A DNA stretch of 64,000 bases, taken from Nitrosopumilus sp. Its GTDB lineage: Archaea > Thermoproteota > Nitrososphaeria > Nitrososphaerales > Nitrosopumilaceae. Location: the NCBI GenBank assembly GCA_965219345.1, contig OZ244732.1:704001-768000 (forward strand), read 5' to 3'. Positions 41,300-50,975 of this stretch are shown here, piece by piece. Position 1 is the stretch's first letter; the number at the start of each line of letters is the position of its first letter. The translations under genes were made by a program, and so were the position numbers. The notes beneath the pieces are model-generated. The model was given only the letters and a program-made list of their open reading frames with translations, had not been told where the DNA came from and ran no database searches.

Positions 41300-42459
41300 A
41301 TGATGACTTTGAAGAGTAGGAATATGCTCATTTTACAGAATAAAAAAAATCTAACAGAATCAGAGATTAATCTGTATAACGGATATGAAAACATCCTACA
41401 CAACATCTTCGATCGTGCATGTGACCCTAATTCCAGTATGGATCCTTTCACTTCTGAATATGTTGGCAAAAATTCTATAAAATATAACTCAAATTATTAT
41501 AGTTCATTATTGGAGATCACATCTTATTTTTGGGCATCAAAAGGAGGTCGAGGCACATTATTGGAAAAAACCCTCCAAATCCTTGCAGGAGATAGTGCAA
41601 CACAAGGGACATACCTATCCTCATTTTTAAATAAATTAATCGAATCCCATGAAACATTATCGGGAAAAGTATCTTCCAAACTAAAGAAAAAATTTGATTT
41701 GATGAACATGCTGGAGGATTCTTTGATCATACTTGAACTAAAAAACAGAGTAGATAGTGGAGGAACAGCAGCTAGAAAAGAAGCATTAAAGAAATTTTTT
41801 GAATTACTTGATCATATCAGGAACAATACTGTAATATTTGAAGATATGAAAACTAAAGAAAAATACACACTTCAAAAACTGTTTAAGCTATTTGGAATTA
41901 AAAATTTTGAAATGTTGATGGGGTTTCTCTATAATGTAAAAGGCACAAATGCAAAAATACTTGATGATCAGACAAATGGATTTTATAGTGAAAGTAAAAA
42001 ACTTGTTACTGAATATGGATCAAAAAATCCTGATATGGTGTTGGATATATCTAATCTAAAGATCAATTTTGATACAGATCAAATTAAAAATATAATACAG
42101 ACTATTTATGGAAACGATGTATCTGAAAAATTTACTAAATCAAATAAGTCACTGCATGAATTATTCCAAAAAGTTTTTCTTAAATCTTGGGATGATGTTT
42201 GGTTGGCATTGAATGTAGGTATTGCAGAAAGAAACTTGTTATTGAAAACTAAGACAAATAATCTTTTACACATACAGCACTTGAATAATATTGATTTAGA
42301 TTTTAAATCAGAATTGCATAAATTCATAACAGATTCAGATAATTTGAGATTGATTAGCAATATTTTAAAGAAAATACGAAATAGTGAGGGGGGGGGGGTT
42401 CTAGTGAATCTGACCAACATCTTACAGATTGCCTGTACGTTTGTTCGAGGTTTATTTGA
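41300..42459 (+). CDS. putative type II restriction endonuclease, frameshifted near C-terminus at G11 tract
   Basis: RGTLLEK and FDL..ILELKNR PD-(D/E)XK-like motifs; directly upstream of MTase; alternative frame ends in TGA(42457-59) overlapping MTase ATG. Confidence 0.65.
42388..42398 (+). repeat. poly-G (G11) tract
   Basis: GAGGGGGGGGGGGTT; far longer than other G runs seen in this AT-rich window. Confidence 0.9.
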
Positions 42460-43535
42460 TGGCCATTCAACCATTCAATATATTGCATGGCAATTCAGAC
42501 AAAATACTCAAAAAACTGGCTCAAAATTCCAAAGAACAAAACAAATACAAACTAATCGTTACATCTCCTCCATACTACAAACATAGGAAATATGGAGAAA
42601 AGAATGATGAAATTGGACAGGAAAAATCATCCGAAGATTATCTAAACAAACTTGTATCTGTTTTTAAATCCTGTAAAAAATTACTTGCCGAGGATGGCAG
42701 TATGTTTATTGTTATTGGAGATACCCGAAGAAATCATGCAAAATTGATGATTCCGCATAGATTGGCAATCAAACTAATTGAAATTGGATATTGTTTTCAG
42801 GAAGATATTATTTGGCATAAGAAAAATGCAATATCTACAAATTCAAAAACAAGCCTTGCACAATCTTATGAATTTATATTGTTTTTTTCTAAAAATAGAA
42901 TTCCATATCTAAATATGGATTCTATCAGAGTACAAGGAAATGAAGTAACATCGGGTTCAACTCCAACTCCTGCAAACCACGAAATACAGTTAAAATCAAT
43001 AGAGAAAAACATGAGGGCAATAAAAAAGATTACAGATACTATTCATAATGCAAAACCAGATACTCCCTTTGAAGATTTGCCATCAACTGATGAAATATCA
43101 TGGGCATATGGCTATGATCCAGACAAGCGATGTCCTACCTGTTACAGAAAATTCAAACGTCATGCGACACGCAAAAGAATAGGTGGTCATAAACATTATC
43201 CAATATTTGCAGTATGTAATCCCAAAGGCAAGAATCCTGGAAATGTGTGGGATATATCCACAAAGGCTCATCATGGTAACGAGCATTTTGCAATATTTCC
43301 TGAAGATTTAATATCAAAAATAGTAAAATTTGCAACTAAAAAAAGAGATCATGTCTTGGACCCATTTGCAGGCAGGGGGACCGCTGGGATTGTTTCTGTA
43401 TGTCTTAAGAGAAATTTTACAGGTATTGATCTATATGCGACAAATGTAAAAAATACAAGGTGTAATATACAAGAGGTGTTAGATTCAAAACTACCAAATA
43501 AAATCTTAAATCAAATTCTCAATACTCATCAATGA
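42459..43535 (+). CDS. site-specific DNA methyltransferase, beta class (N4-C/N6-A)
   Basis: IVTSPPYY motif IV before HFAIFPE and VLDPFAGRGT motif I. Confidence 0.9.
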   Translation: MAIQPFNILHGNSDKILKKLAQNSKEQNKYKLIVTSPPYYKHRKYGEKNDEIGQEKSSEDYLNKLVSVFKSCKKLLAEDGSMFIVIGDTRRNHAKLMIPHRLAIKLIEIGYCFQEDIIWHKKNAISTNSKTSLAQSYEFILFFSKNRIPYLNMDSIRVQGNEVTSGSTPTPANHEIQLKSIEKNMRAIKKITDTIHNAKPDTPFEDLPSTDEISWAYGYDPDKRCPTCYRKFKRHATRKRIGGHKHYPIFAVCNPKGKNPGNVWDISTKAHHGNEHFAIFPEDLISKIVKFATKKRDHVLDPFAGRGTAGIVSVCLKRNFTGIDLYATNVKNTRCNIQEVLDSKLPNKILNQILNTHQ

Positions 43536-43546
43536 CAGACTTTTTT

Positions 43547-43756
43547 TTAATTTAGTCCATTTTCTATTTCAGCAATTTTCTCTGAAATATTTTTTTTCTG
43601 GTTCTTTAGATGCTCTAACTTAAACTGCAATGCCTTCTTTTCAGATAATACGCTAGAAGCTATGCCGCAGTATCTCTCACATTTTTTGCCGTTGTCATAA
43701 TATGAGTAGTACAAGTATTTTTTGGCTCTTATTGTCTTGATTACGGTTGTAGCCAT
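43547..43756 (-). CDS. small mobile-element protein (beta-sheet DNA-binding-like N-terminus + coiled coil)
   Basis: VIKTIRAKKYLYYSYYDNGK..RYCG pattern; inside TIRs, divergent from transposase. Confidence 0.55.
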   Translation of the reverse strand: MATTVIKTIRAKKYLYYSYYDNGKKCERYCGIASSVLSEKKALQFKLEHLKNQKKNISEKIAEIENGLN

Positions 43757-43981
43757 GTATTTTTTACCCCATGCTCTTAATTTAATGTTATCTATTTTTT
43801 AGAGACACATATATATTATATCTATAATAGATATAACAATGAAACAGCAAAGAGCAAGACAAACAATGAAGAAGACAAAAAGTTCAGAGGGAATTACGCT
43901 CCCAATGATGAATCTGGCGTTATCAGAGTTCTTGAGTCTCTTTGTTTTTTCCACCTTATTAATTTTCAAGGGGTCTTGCGC

Positions 43982-45109
43982 ATGAATGCAAGAGCACAAC
44001 ATGCAAGGCAGATTGTGGAACTGCCCGATTATGCAAAGTTCATAGGAAACAACAAAATCAAGATTAGATCACAGACGGACTTGACAAAATCCTACATTAT
44101 TTCAAAAAGTGACAGGGGTTTGGTTTGTGAGTGTCCAGATCATCAGAATAGAAAATCAGACTGCAAGCACATCAAGATAGCATTGGAGCTAATCAGAAAG
44201 AACGAGGGCCAGAAACAGACATTCCGTATAATTGAGAGGTCACTGATCAGGGTCTGCAAGTTCTGTGATTCAGGAAATATCGTAAAGGCAGGTCTAAAGA
44301 AAAACAAGAGCAAGACAATGCAGAGATTCAAGTGCCAGGATTGTAAAAAGAGATTTACTGCAAACTTTGGATTTGAAAAGATGAGATATGATGAAAATGC
44401 CATTACAGGGGCATTACAAATGTCCTATTCGGGAATGTCAACTAGAGATATTTCCAATCACTATGAGATGATGGGAATTGAAGTATCTGATGTTACTATC
44501 TATAATTGGATTGACAAATATTCCAAGATGACCTCCAACTATCTCAAGGGAATAGTACCAAGAGTTTCAGAAACATGGAGAACCGATGAAATCTTTATAA
44601 AAATTAGTGGCAATCAGAAACTACAATATTCCATGCTTGACCATGAGACCAGGTTTATGATTACCCAATATGTGGCAAACACAAAAGGTACTGAAAATGT
44701 AGACCCAATGTTCAGGGAAGCCATGATGATTGCAGACAAAATACCAACTACATTAATTTCAGATGGAGCTCATAATTTCCATGAGGCATGGAAAAATAAC
44801 TACAAGGCAAAGAATCCACTTTGGAAAGACACCGAACACATCAGACACATTCACATGAAAGGTGACAAAAACAACAACAGAATGGAGAGACTGAATGGTA
44901 CTATCAGGGATCGTGAAGCTGCATACAGAGGAATAAAAAAGATGGACAGTCCTTTGTTTGACGGATTCCAGACATTTTACAATTTCTCAAAGAAGCATGG
45001 TGGAATTAATAACAAAACACCAGCAGAAAAAGCAGGTATTTTGGTTGATGGAGACAACAAATGGAAGACCATAATCCAAAATGCCAGTCTAAACAAAAAT
45101 TCTCAATAG
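43982..45109 (+). CDS. IS6/IS1-related DDE transposase with SWIM and Zn-ribbon domains
   Basis: CECPD..CKH SWIM; CKFC..QRFKCQDC; TIYNWI HTH; WRTDE, ISDG, NNRMERLNG DDE; KTPAE. Confidence 0.88.
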   Translation: MNARAQHARQIVELPDYAKFIGNNKIKIRSQTDLTKSYIISKSDRGLVCECPDHQNRKSDCKHIKIALELIRKNEGQKQTFRIIERSLIRVCKFCDSGNIVKAGLKKNKSKTMQRFKCQDCKKRFTANFGFEKMRYDENAITGALQMSYSGMSTRDISNHYEMMGIEVSDVTIYNWIDKYSKMTSNYLKGIVPRVSETWRTDEIFIKISGNQKLQYSMLDHETRFMITQYVANTKGTENVDPMFREAMMIADKIPTTLISDGAHNFHEAWKNNYKAKNPLWKDTEHIRHIHMKGDKNNNRMERLNGTIRDREAAYRGIKKMDSPLFDGFQTFYNFSKKHGGINNKTPAEKAGILVDGDNKWKTIIQNASLNKNSQ

Positions 45110-45538
45110 GCATGAAATTCAATCTGGAGAAGATCCATATCTCATTCTATATCCCCATAACTTAGCAGAACCCACCTGATACACTCAAAGCTTGCCCGAA
45201 TCTATCTGAACGCTTTGGATTGTCTTGGATTAGTTTTATGCTTTGACTCCATGTGGTGCCGTCACTCTCAAATACATATACGGTACCTGGACCGTTTCCC
45301 CCCTCAAGTACAGACCCTACTACCATAGTATTGCCATCAATGTCAGCAGAGCGCCCAAAGCTGTCATATGGTAATCCATCAGATGCTGAAATCTTTTGTG
45401 TAATTGATTGTGGTACCACTATACCCTCTTCTACTGTAACAGTTAGAGACTCTGAATCCGATAGTGCAAATGTGGTACTATCAGAGGAGACTGCATCTCC
45501 ATCATCGGATACCATAACATCAAAAGTGTGATCCCCTA

Positions 45539-46632
45539 TACTGACGAGCAAAAGTTCATGAGATCAAACATGTTAGACGGCAACACATTTTGATCACGTC
45601 CCACTACGCATTACAATGCCCGCAGTAAAATCCGAAGACCTGAAGAAGGCGTACAAGAAGGAAAGGGATCCCAGGGTCAAGATCAGGATGGCCGCAGTAA
45701 ACATGGTGTGCATGAACAATGAGAGCATCCAGCATGCGGCAGACTCACTCATGCAGTGTCCCAACTGGGTCTCCTTCTGGGTAGAACGCTTCCGGGAGGG
45801 CGGCATCGACACCCTCCGGGATCTTCCCAGGAGCGGCAGGCCACCGAAGGTCAGGCTCGAAGACATTGAAGAGACAATATCCGGGGCAGGCAGCATCATT
45901 ACTCCCCCGCAGCTGAGGGAACGTGTCCGCAAGATGCACGGCATAACATACCACATTACAAGCGCCAGGAGGATAATGCACAGGCTGGGCATGTCTGCCA
46001 AGACGGCAAGACGGGTCCACATAAACAGGGCAGGGACAGACGAGATCAAAAGGTGGCAGCGCAACGCAAAGAGGCGCATATCGCGCCTGGAATCGAGGGG
46101 TTTTGCCGTCGTAGTCTTTGACGAGTCCATATTCATAGACGACCCGGCATCGGGGACAAAGTACTGGTCGCCAAAAGGCCAGCCCATAGTCACCACATAC
46201 AAGGGCCGGCACGGCAGGGTCGTGGCGTACGGTTCCATCGCGACTGACGGCAGGCAGTTCATCAGGACGTACGAAAAATTTGACAAGGAGATGGTACTGC
46301 GGTACCTAAAGGAGCTTGCGGGACATTTCGGAAAGGTTGCCATAATAATGGACAACGCGCCGCAGCACAAGGCGAAGACGGTGAGCGAGTTCCTAAAGGG
46401 CAACAAGAACGTCAAGGCAGTATGGCTTCCAACCGCAACACCGGAGCTCAGCGTCATGGAGGAGTACTGGCACCAGTCAAAGCGCGACGTGCTGGTGTCA
46501 GAATATTATGGAACAATAGGGCAGATGCACCGCGCAATGTCAGAGCATTTCAGGACGGCGCGGCCGTGGCTTGACGCAATGAAGTTCATCTGCAGAAAGT
46601 CATTTGATCTCAAGAACTTTTGATCGACAGTG
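45539..46632 (+). mobile_element. IS630-family insertion sequence
   Basis: ~30-bp imperfect TIRs (TACTGACGAGCAAAAGTTCATGAGATCAAA / CACTGTCGATCAAAAGTTCTTGAGATCAAA), TA duplication at 45537-38 and 46633-34; visibly GC-rich. Confidence 0.92.
45616..46623 (+). CDS. IS630 family transposase
   Basis: PRSGRPP HTH, FDES, MDNAPQH, PELSVMEEYW DDE. Confidence 0.92.
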   Translation: MPAVKSEDLKKAYKKERDPRVKIRMAAVNMVCMNNESIQHAADSLMQCPNWVSFWVERFREGGIDTLRDLPRSGRPPKVRLEDIEETISGAGSIITPPQLRERVRKMHGITYHITSARRIMHRLGMSAKTARRVHINRAGTDEIKRWQRNAKRRISRLESRGFAVVVFDESIFIDDPASGTKYWSPKGQPIVTTYKGRHGRVVAYGSIATDGRQFIRTYEKFDKEMVLRYLKELAGHFGKVAIIMDNAPQHKAKTVSEFLKGNKNVKAVWLPTATPELSVMEEYWHQSKRDVLVSEYYGTIGQMHRAMSEHFRTARPWLDAMKFICRKSFDLKNF

Positions 46633-47801
46633 TACATGAGAATTATCAGGAGTCCAGAAGAATGCTCCAGTAGTACCATCAATGGTACTACCTGTAGGTG
46701 CTGCTCCAGACAGTGAAAATCTCAAAGTATCTGATATGTCTGCATCAACTGCTACTGCAGTAAAGGACAATGTATCCCCCGAGTTTATTGTGTAATCAAT
46801 TATTGGCGTTACAAATGGCGCATCATTTACAGATGTCACATCAAGTGATACAGTTGCAGTGTCAGTTAATCCAGAGTTGTCAATTATACCATACTCAAAT
46901 GAATCCATTCCATGATAGTTTGGATTTGGGGTGTATGTGATTTCTATACCATCAAAGATTATCTGCACTGTTCCATGTGTGGGTTGTGTAACAATTGACT
47001 GGATAGATATGAAATCAGCACCTACAGTAACTATTGGTGGCTCTCCATCACCGCCACCATCTGTATTACCATTACCATCACCATTACCATTTTCTGTACC
47101 GTTTCCGTTGTTACCGTTTCCATTACCAGTATTGTTTCCATTTGTATTTGGATTAACTGAAATGTTTTGCAGTGACAGAATTCCTGCACCACAAAGTGTA
47201 CCATCAGATGGAATAGATGATGAGAGTATTGTGTTAGTTATTTGTTGTATAGAATTATCAGGATATGCTTGTAACAGTAACGCTGCAGCTCCTGTCACAT
47301 GTGGCGCAGCAGATGATGTTCCCAAAAATGGACTAAATGACCCTTGAGTGGTAGATATACCATCAAATCCACAGATTTCTGGCTTGTCTCGTCCATCATC
47401 AGTTGGACCTGCAGAGCTAAATGGTTCTGGAATACCATCGATATAGTTTACAGCACCCACAGTTATTGCACCTGCAGCATCAGCAGGAGTTGATATACTT
47501 GATGATACCATGGATAATCCATCATTAACAGAGCCTCTAACTATATTGATGTGAAGCAGACTGTTATTATCCTGAGGGGTAGAATTATTGTCACTATCAT
47601 CGTTGCTATCCTCAGATAGTGCAACTACAAGACATGTATCAGAGATAGGGGAGCCATAAATTACCTCGATTGGTTCACCTGCCACTTCAGACTGTGCAGA
47701 TGTAGAATGGTATAGTATATCAGACATGTTACTATCATAGATGAATACATCATAGTCTAGACTAGTATACTCCCAAGAGTCCCAGGATAGTACGGTCCAT
47801 C

Positions 47802-48377
47802 ATGCTAACAGATGAGTTCAAGAAGATACGTTATGAACTCAATAAAGAGGGTATTGCTTCTGCAAAACAATATGAAGACAATGCAGATTATTGGCGTTCA
47901 TTAAGTCATCCTGAATTCCCAGATGTAGCAACACATGGAGTTCACAATACTTCTTATGACTCTCAAACCATTCCAACTTCACACTCATGTTCTAGTTGTT
48001 CCCAAAAAGGATATTTTATATCCGGTTTTGACTGGTGGGTAATTCCATCTATTTGGAAAACATCTGAATCTGCTGATTATTGGACAAGAGTAACAACTAC
48101 AACACAATCATACGTTTCTGAGGTGGAAACTGATCAACACTATGCGGAAATAAAACCTTGGTCTCATTATTCTTTAAAGAGAAGTGGGTCCATTGAGTGG
48201 GTTTCTGGCCATATTGTTGTTAACAATTTTGACAATGAGCTTCAATACTCAAGTCCTTTTGTATTCACTTCGACTTATGTAACACTATCATATGCCACGT
48301 TAGAATATTCGTGGATTGATGACGTTCCTAGCCATTCTAGACACATAACACAAGCTAGCGCAAACACAATTAACTAG
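47802..48377 (+). CDS. hypothetical protein, possibly 5'-truncated
   Basis: 191-aa ORF abutting the truncated S8 gene head-to-head with no room for promoters. Confidence 0.45.
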   Translation: MLTDEFKKIRYELNKEGIASAKQYEDNADYWRSLSHPEFPDVATHGVHNTSYDSQTIPTSHSCSSCSQKGYFISGFDWWVIPSIWKTSESADYWTRVTTTTQSYVSEVETDQHYAEIKPWSHYSLKRSGSIEWVSGHIVVNNFDNELQYSSPFVFTSTYVTLSYATLEYSWIDDVPSHSRHITQASANTIN

Positions 48378-48399
48378 CCTACCACTTCCTTTTTTTATC

Positions 48400-48546
48400 A
48401 TGGACAAAGATAAGAAAACAGATCTTGAACTATTAATAATAATACGACAAACTTTGTTACTTGCATTGAATAAACAATTCCTAAGCATTGATAGTTATAG
48501 AAATGCAGTTAGAGATATCGATGACAAGATTAAAGCCATACAATAA
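48400..48546 (+). CDS. small hypothetical protein (48 aa)
   Basis: MDKDKKTDLELLIIIRQTLL...KIKAIQ. Confidence 0.35.
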   Translation: MDKDKKTDLELLIIIRQTLLLALNKQFLSIDSYRNAVRDIDDKIKAIQ

Positions 48547-48623
48547 CGGAATATGTACAAGACTAATATTATTCATTTTTAAAAGTCAGTTGAAGGAATT
48601 AAACTAAGTCAGCACAAACCTAA

Positions 48624-48929
48624 TACAACGGTTCTGGAGCTTCTGTAAGCTATGTTTCTAATGAAAAATGTTTAAAAAATGGTTTAAAATTCAAAGGTTC
48701 AGGAAGCGGAATTATTTGTATACATGGAAAACTACATCAAGATAGGAAAGTCCCATTATATGAGAGGAATATAACTGTCGGAAATATCACAAATAAAGTA
48801 AAAATCACTGCATTAGGAAAAGATGTGGTCATAGGTTCAAAGAAAATAGAGGCTGTACTTGGAAGAAACGTTCTAAAATTTTTTACTGTAAATCTAGACT
48901 GGAAAAATTCTACTGGAAAATTAACCTAA
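48624..48929 (+). pseudogene. retropepsin-like (clan AA) aspartyl protease remnant
   Basis: GSGASVSYV (degenerate DSGA) and AVLGRNVL..VNLDW motifs; no start codon. Confidence 0.5.
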
Positions 48930-49093
48930 TTTTAAAATAAATTCATTTCTTCCCACGTCTCCTCTACCTGAATCAATCAAATCTTGTACTTTTTGTATTT
49001 TATATGAATCCATTTTGTATAATGATGTTTGGTGTAATTTAGAAATTTCTAATTGTTACATGGTAATAGATTTTGGAATTTCATTTTTCGAGC

Positions 49094-49267
49094 CTAACGG
49101 TATGTTGATTCCCAACATTTTTTGTGATATGATTTTTTCGAACGCTTTGTTCTTTGAGAGTGAATGGAGTCACCAATAGAAAACGATTCTCCACACTTTG
49201 CACATATCTGTTTTCTATATTTTCTCATGTGAGAATAATCCAAAATTACAAAATTACGGCTGACCAT
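49094..49267 (-). CDS. small CxxC...HxxC zinc-finger protein
   Basis: CAKCGESFSIGD...YHKKCWE. Confidence 0.55.
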   Translation of the reverse strand: MVSRNFVILDYSHMRKYRKQICAKCGESFSIGDSIHSQRTKRSKKSYHKKCWESTYR

Positions 49268-49501
49268 TGGAGAATAATCAGATATAGGGATTATATGAAA
49301 TATTTCTTTATGTAATATAGCCAACTAATCATTAAAGTTAATCGTTAGTGAAATTAGGGTAAATCATTCATGTTAAAATCAAATTTTTTAGAATTGCATA
49401 AAAAATCATTTGAAATTACGTCTTGTTGTCAAAATAACAACTCTCCAAGTTAACAGTAAACACATTCAATCTTTTTATCTCATATATCATATTTTGAAAC
49501 T

Positions 49502-50245
49502 GTGTATTACTTGTATATTGATGAGGGTGGGGATACAGGAGATTATTTAGATAAATACAATAAAGTCATAGATGGAAGTTCCAAATTTTTCACTCTAGCT
49601 GGAATCATAGTAGATGATGCACTAAAAACAAAACTCAATGACGAAATTAATTCCATAAGTGACAGATATTTTTCAAAGACAACACTACCTGAAAATTTCA
49701 AGATTCATTATCATCCATTAAGAAACAAACGTCCTCCATATGATAAATTATCAGATGCCCAGAGATTTCAGCTAGCCAATGACATGTTTGAGCTTATCAA
49801 AAAATCAGACTGTCATCTTTTGTCAGTTACAATAAATCTAGACCGTCACTGTAGAAAATATGGCATACCAGCAGACCCAAAAGCATATGCTATCTTGATA
49901 CTAATGGAGAGATTTCAGGATTTTCTTGAAGAACATAGTGCTGAAGGCAGAGCAATTTATGAGAAATTCAACAAAAAGGCTAGAAAAAAGGCAGAGCGAA
50001 CCATTAGAGGATTAAAAGAAATTTTGCGGTTTAGACACTACAAGGAACTTGATAATATCAGAGGTCATGTGGAAAATGGTGATCCCAAAACATCACCAAT
50101 ACTGCAACTTGCAGATTTTTTTGCATATGCTGTATGGATAAAACGAACCACTTCTGATTCATCCAAAACTCGATGGTTATCAATCAAAGACAAGTATTAT
50201 CGATTAGACTATGGGTGGTACAAAGCAGGGAATGTTGAAATTTAA
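49502..50245 (+). CDS. DUF3800 family protein (RNase H-like)
   Basis: YLYIDEGGDTG N-terminus, FTLAGII, LQLADFFAY (QxxD) motif. Confidence 0.85.
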   Translation: MYYLYIDEGGDTGDYLDKYNKVIDGSSKFFTLAGIIVDDALKTKLNDEINSISDRYFSKTTLPENFKIHYHPLRNKRPPYDKLSDAQRFQLANDMFELIKKSDCHLLSVTINLDRHCRKYGIPADPKAYAILILMERFQDFLEEHSAEGRAIYEKFNKKARKKAERTIRGLKEILRFRHYKELDNIRGHVENGDPKTSPILQLADFFAYAVWIKRTTSDSSKTRWLSIKDKYYRLDYGWYKAGNVEI

Positions 50246-50246
50246 A

Positions 50247-50305
50247 GGCGATTCCTGAGCTCTTGCTTCCAAGTCTCATAGTTAGCATTACACCAACGGA
50301 ACCGT
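50247..50305 (+). ncRNA. candidate DUF3800-associated structured RNA (three-way junction)
   Basis: P1 GCGATTCC/GGAACCGT, P2 TGAG-CTTG[CTTC]CAAG-CTCA, P3 GTT/AAC, starting 2 nt after DUF3800 stop. Confidence 0.5.
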
Positions 50306-50651
50306 AATGATAATACCAATTTCTATTTTTTAAAGGTTAGGTATTGTAAAATCGTTTTAGAAAAGATCAATTTTGTTTACGCATAAAAGCTAAACCCCCA
50401 TCAAATCTGTGAAAAAAGGAAAAATTTACGCATACATATTCAACCCCTTAATTATTCCAGTTACATCAGGCATGATATGATTTTTTCATATTTGCCAAAA
50501 ATGGGGGCGGGTTTAGCTTTTATTCCTGAATATGTCAATCAAATGTCATTTCAGCCCGATGATATAATATGATGTTGTCACAAAATTTGTTCAGGCATGA
50601 AAACTCAATACTAAAATAATTTTTAAAATTATGCCTAAAAGCTAAACTCCT

Positions 50652-50975
50652 CTAAAATTTTTGGAAAATAGAACTTTTTAGTGATTTGGAACTTTTTCCT
50701 GTACTAGTAAATAGAGGTAAATTTTTTGGAGTTAGTTTATCAAGTTCAACAAGAATTTTTGTTTGTAGTTGCTTCAAATCTTCATCAGAAAGTTTGAACC
50801 AATCTGAAAATGCATTATTTTCAATTTCTTTAAAGATTTCATCAGAAATTTCAGAACCATCTAAAAATTCTTGTAAATCAAAATCTTCATCAAGTTTATG
50901 AAATTTATGATTTACAACATGTTTTAGTTTTTGAATGATTGTAAACATTGTAAGATCTTTTACGTCAATTTCCAT
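50652..50975 (-). CDS. hypothetical protein
   Basis: acidic ORF starting MEIDVKDL downstream of OLD-family gene. Confidence 0.45.
   Translation of the reverse strand: MEIDVKDLTMFTIIQKLKHVVNHKFHKLDEDFDLQEFLDGSEISDEIFKEIENNAFSDWFKLSDEDLKQLQTKILVELDKLTPKNLPLFTSTGKSSKSLKSSIFQKF

Larger units (their letters stand above)
41195..45172 (+). mobile_element. IS6-like transposon with passenger genes (REase, MTase, small ORF, transposase)
   Basis: 55-bp TIRs (41195-41249 / 45118-45172; 52/55 match, first 31 perfect) starting GGTTCTG; DDE transposase near right end. Confidence 0.85.
45173..47797 (-). pseudogene. S8 protease / Ig-like / FG-GAP surface protein remnant, split by IS630 and truncated at both ends
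   Basis: LSWDSW..DYDVFIY, FSSAGPTDDGRDKPE, GTSSAAPHVTGAAALL, GN-rich linker, YTPNPNYHGMDSFEY, FG-GAP repeats; removing IS630 restores WTPDNSHV-GDHTFDV in frame. Confidence 0.85.

Noticed and set aside
42460-42586. C-terminal extension of the 428-aa ORF
   Set aside because: Arises from the G11 frame and overlaps the MTase; the alternative frame ends with TGATG coupling.
45594-46457. Long antisense ORFs in IS630 (and 52042-52978 in IS481)
   Set aside because: Shadow ORFs expected in GC-rich sequence overlapping clear transposases.
47055-47150. Repetitive ACC(A/G)TT tract as a functional DNA repeat
   Set aside because: Simply encodes the Gly/Asn linker of the surface-protein pseudogene.
48630-48646. 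GGTTCTGGAG as a third MITE end
   Set aside because: Only 9 bp match, no partner end, and it lies within the protease-remnant reading frame.
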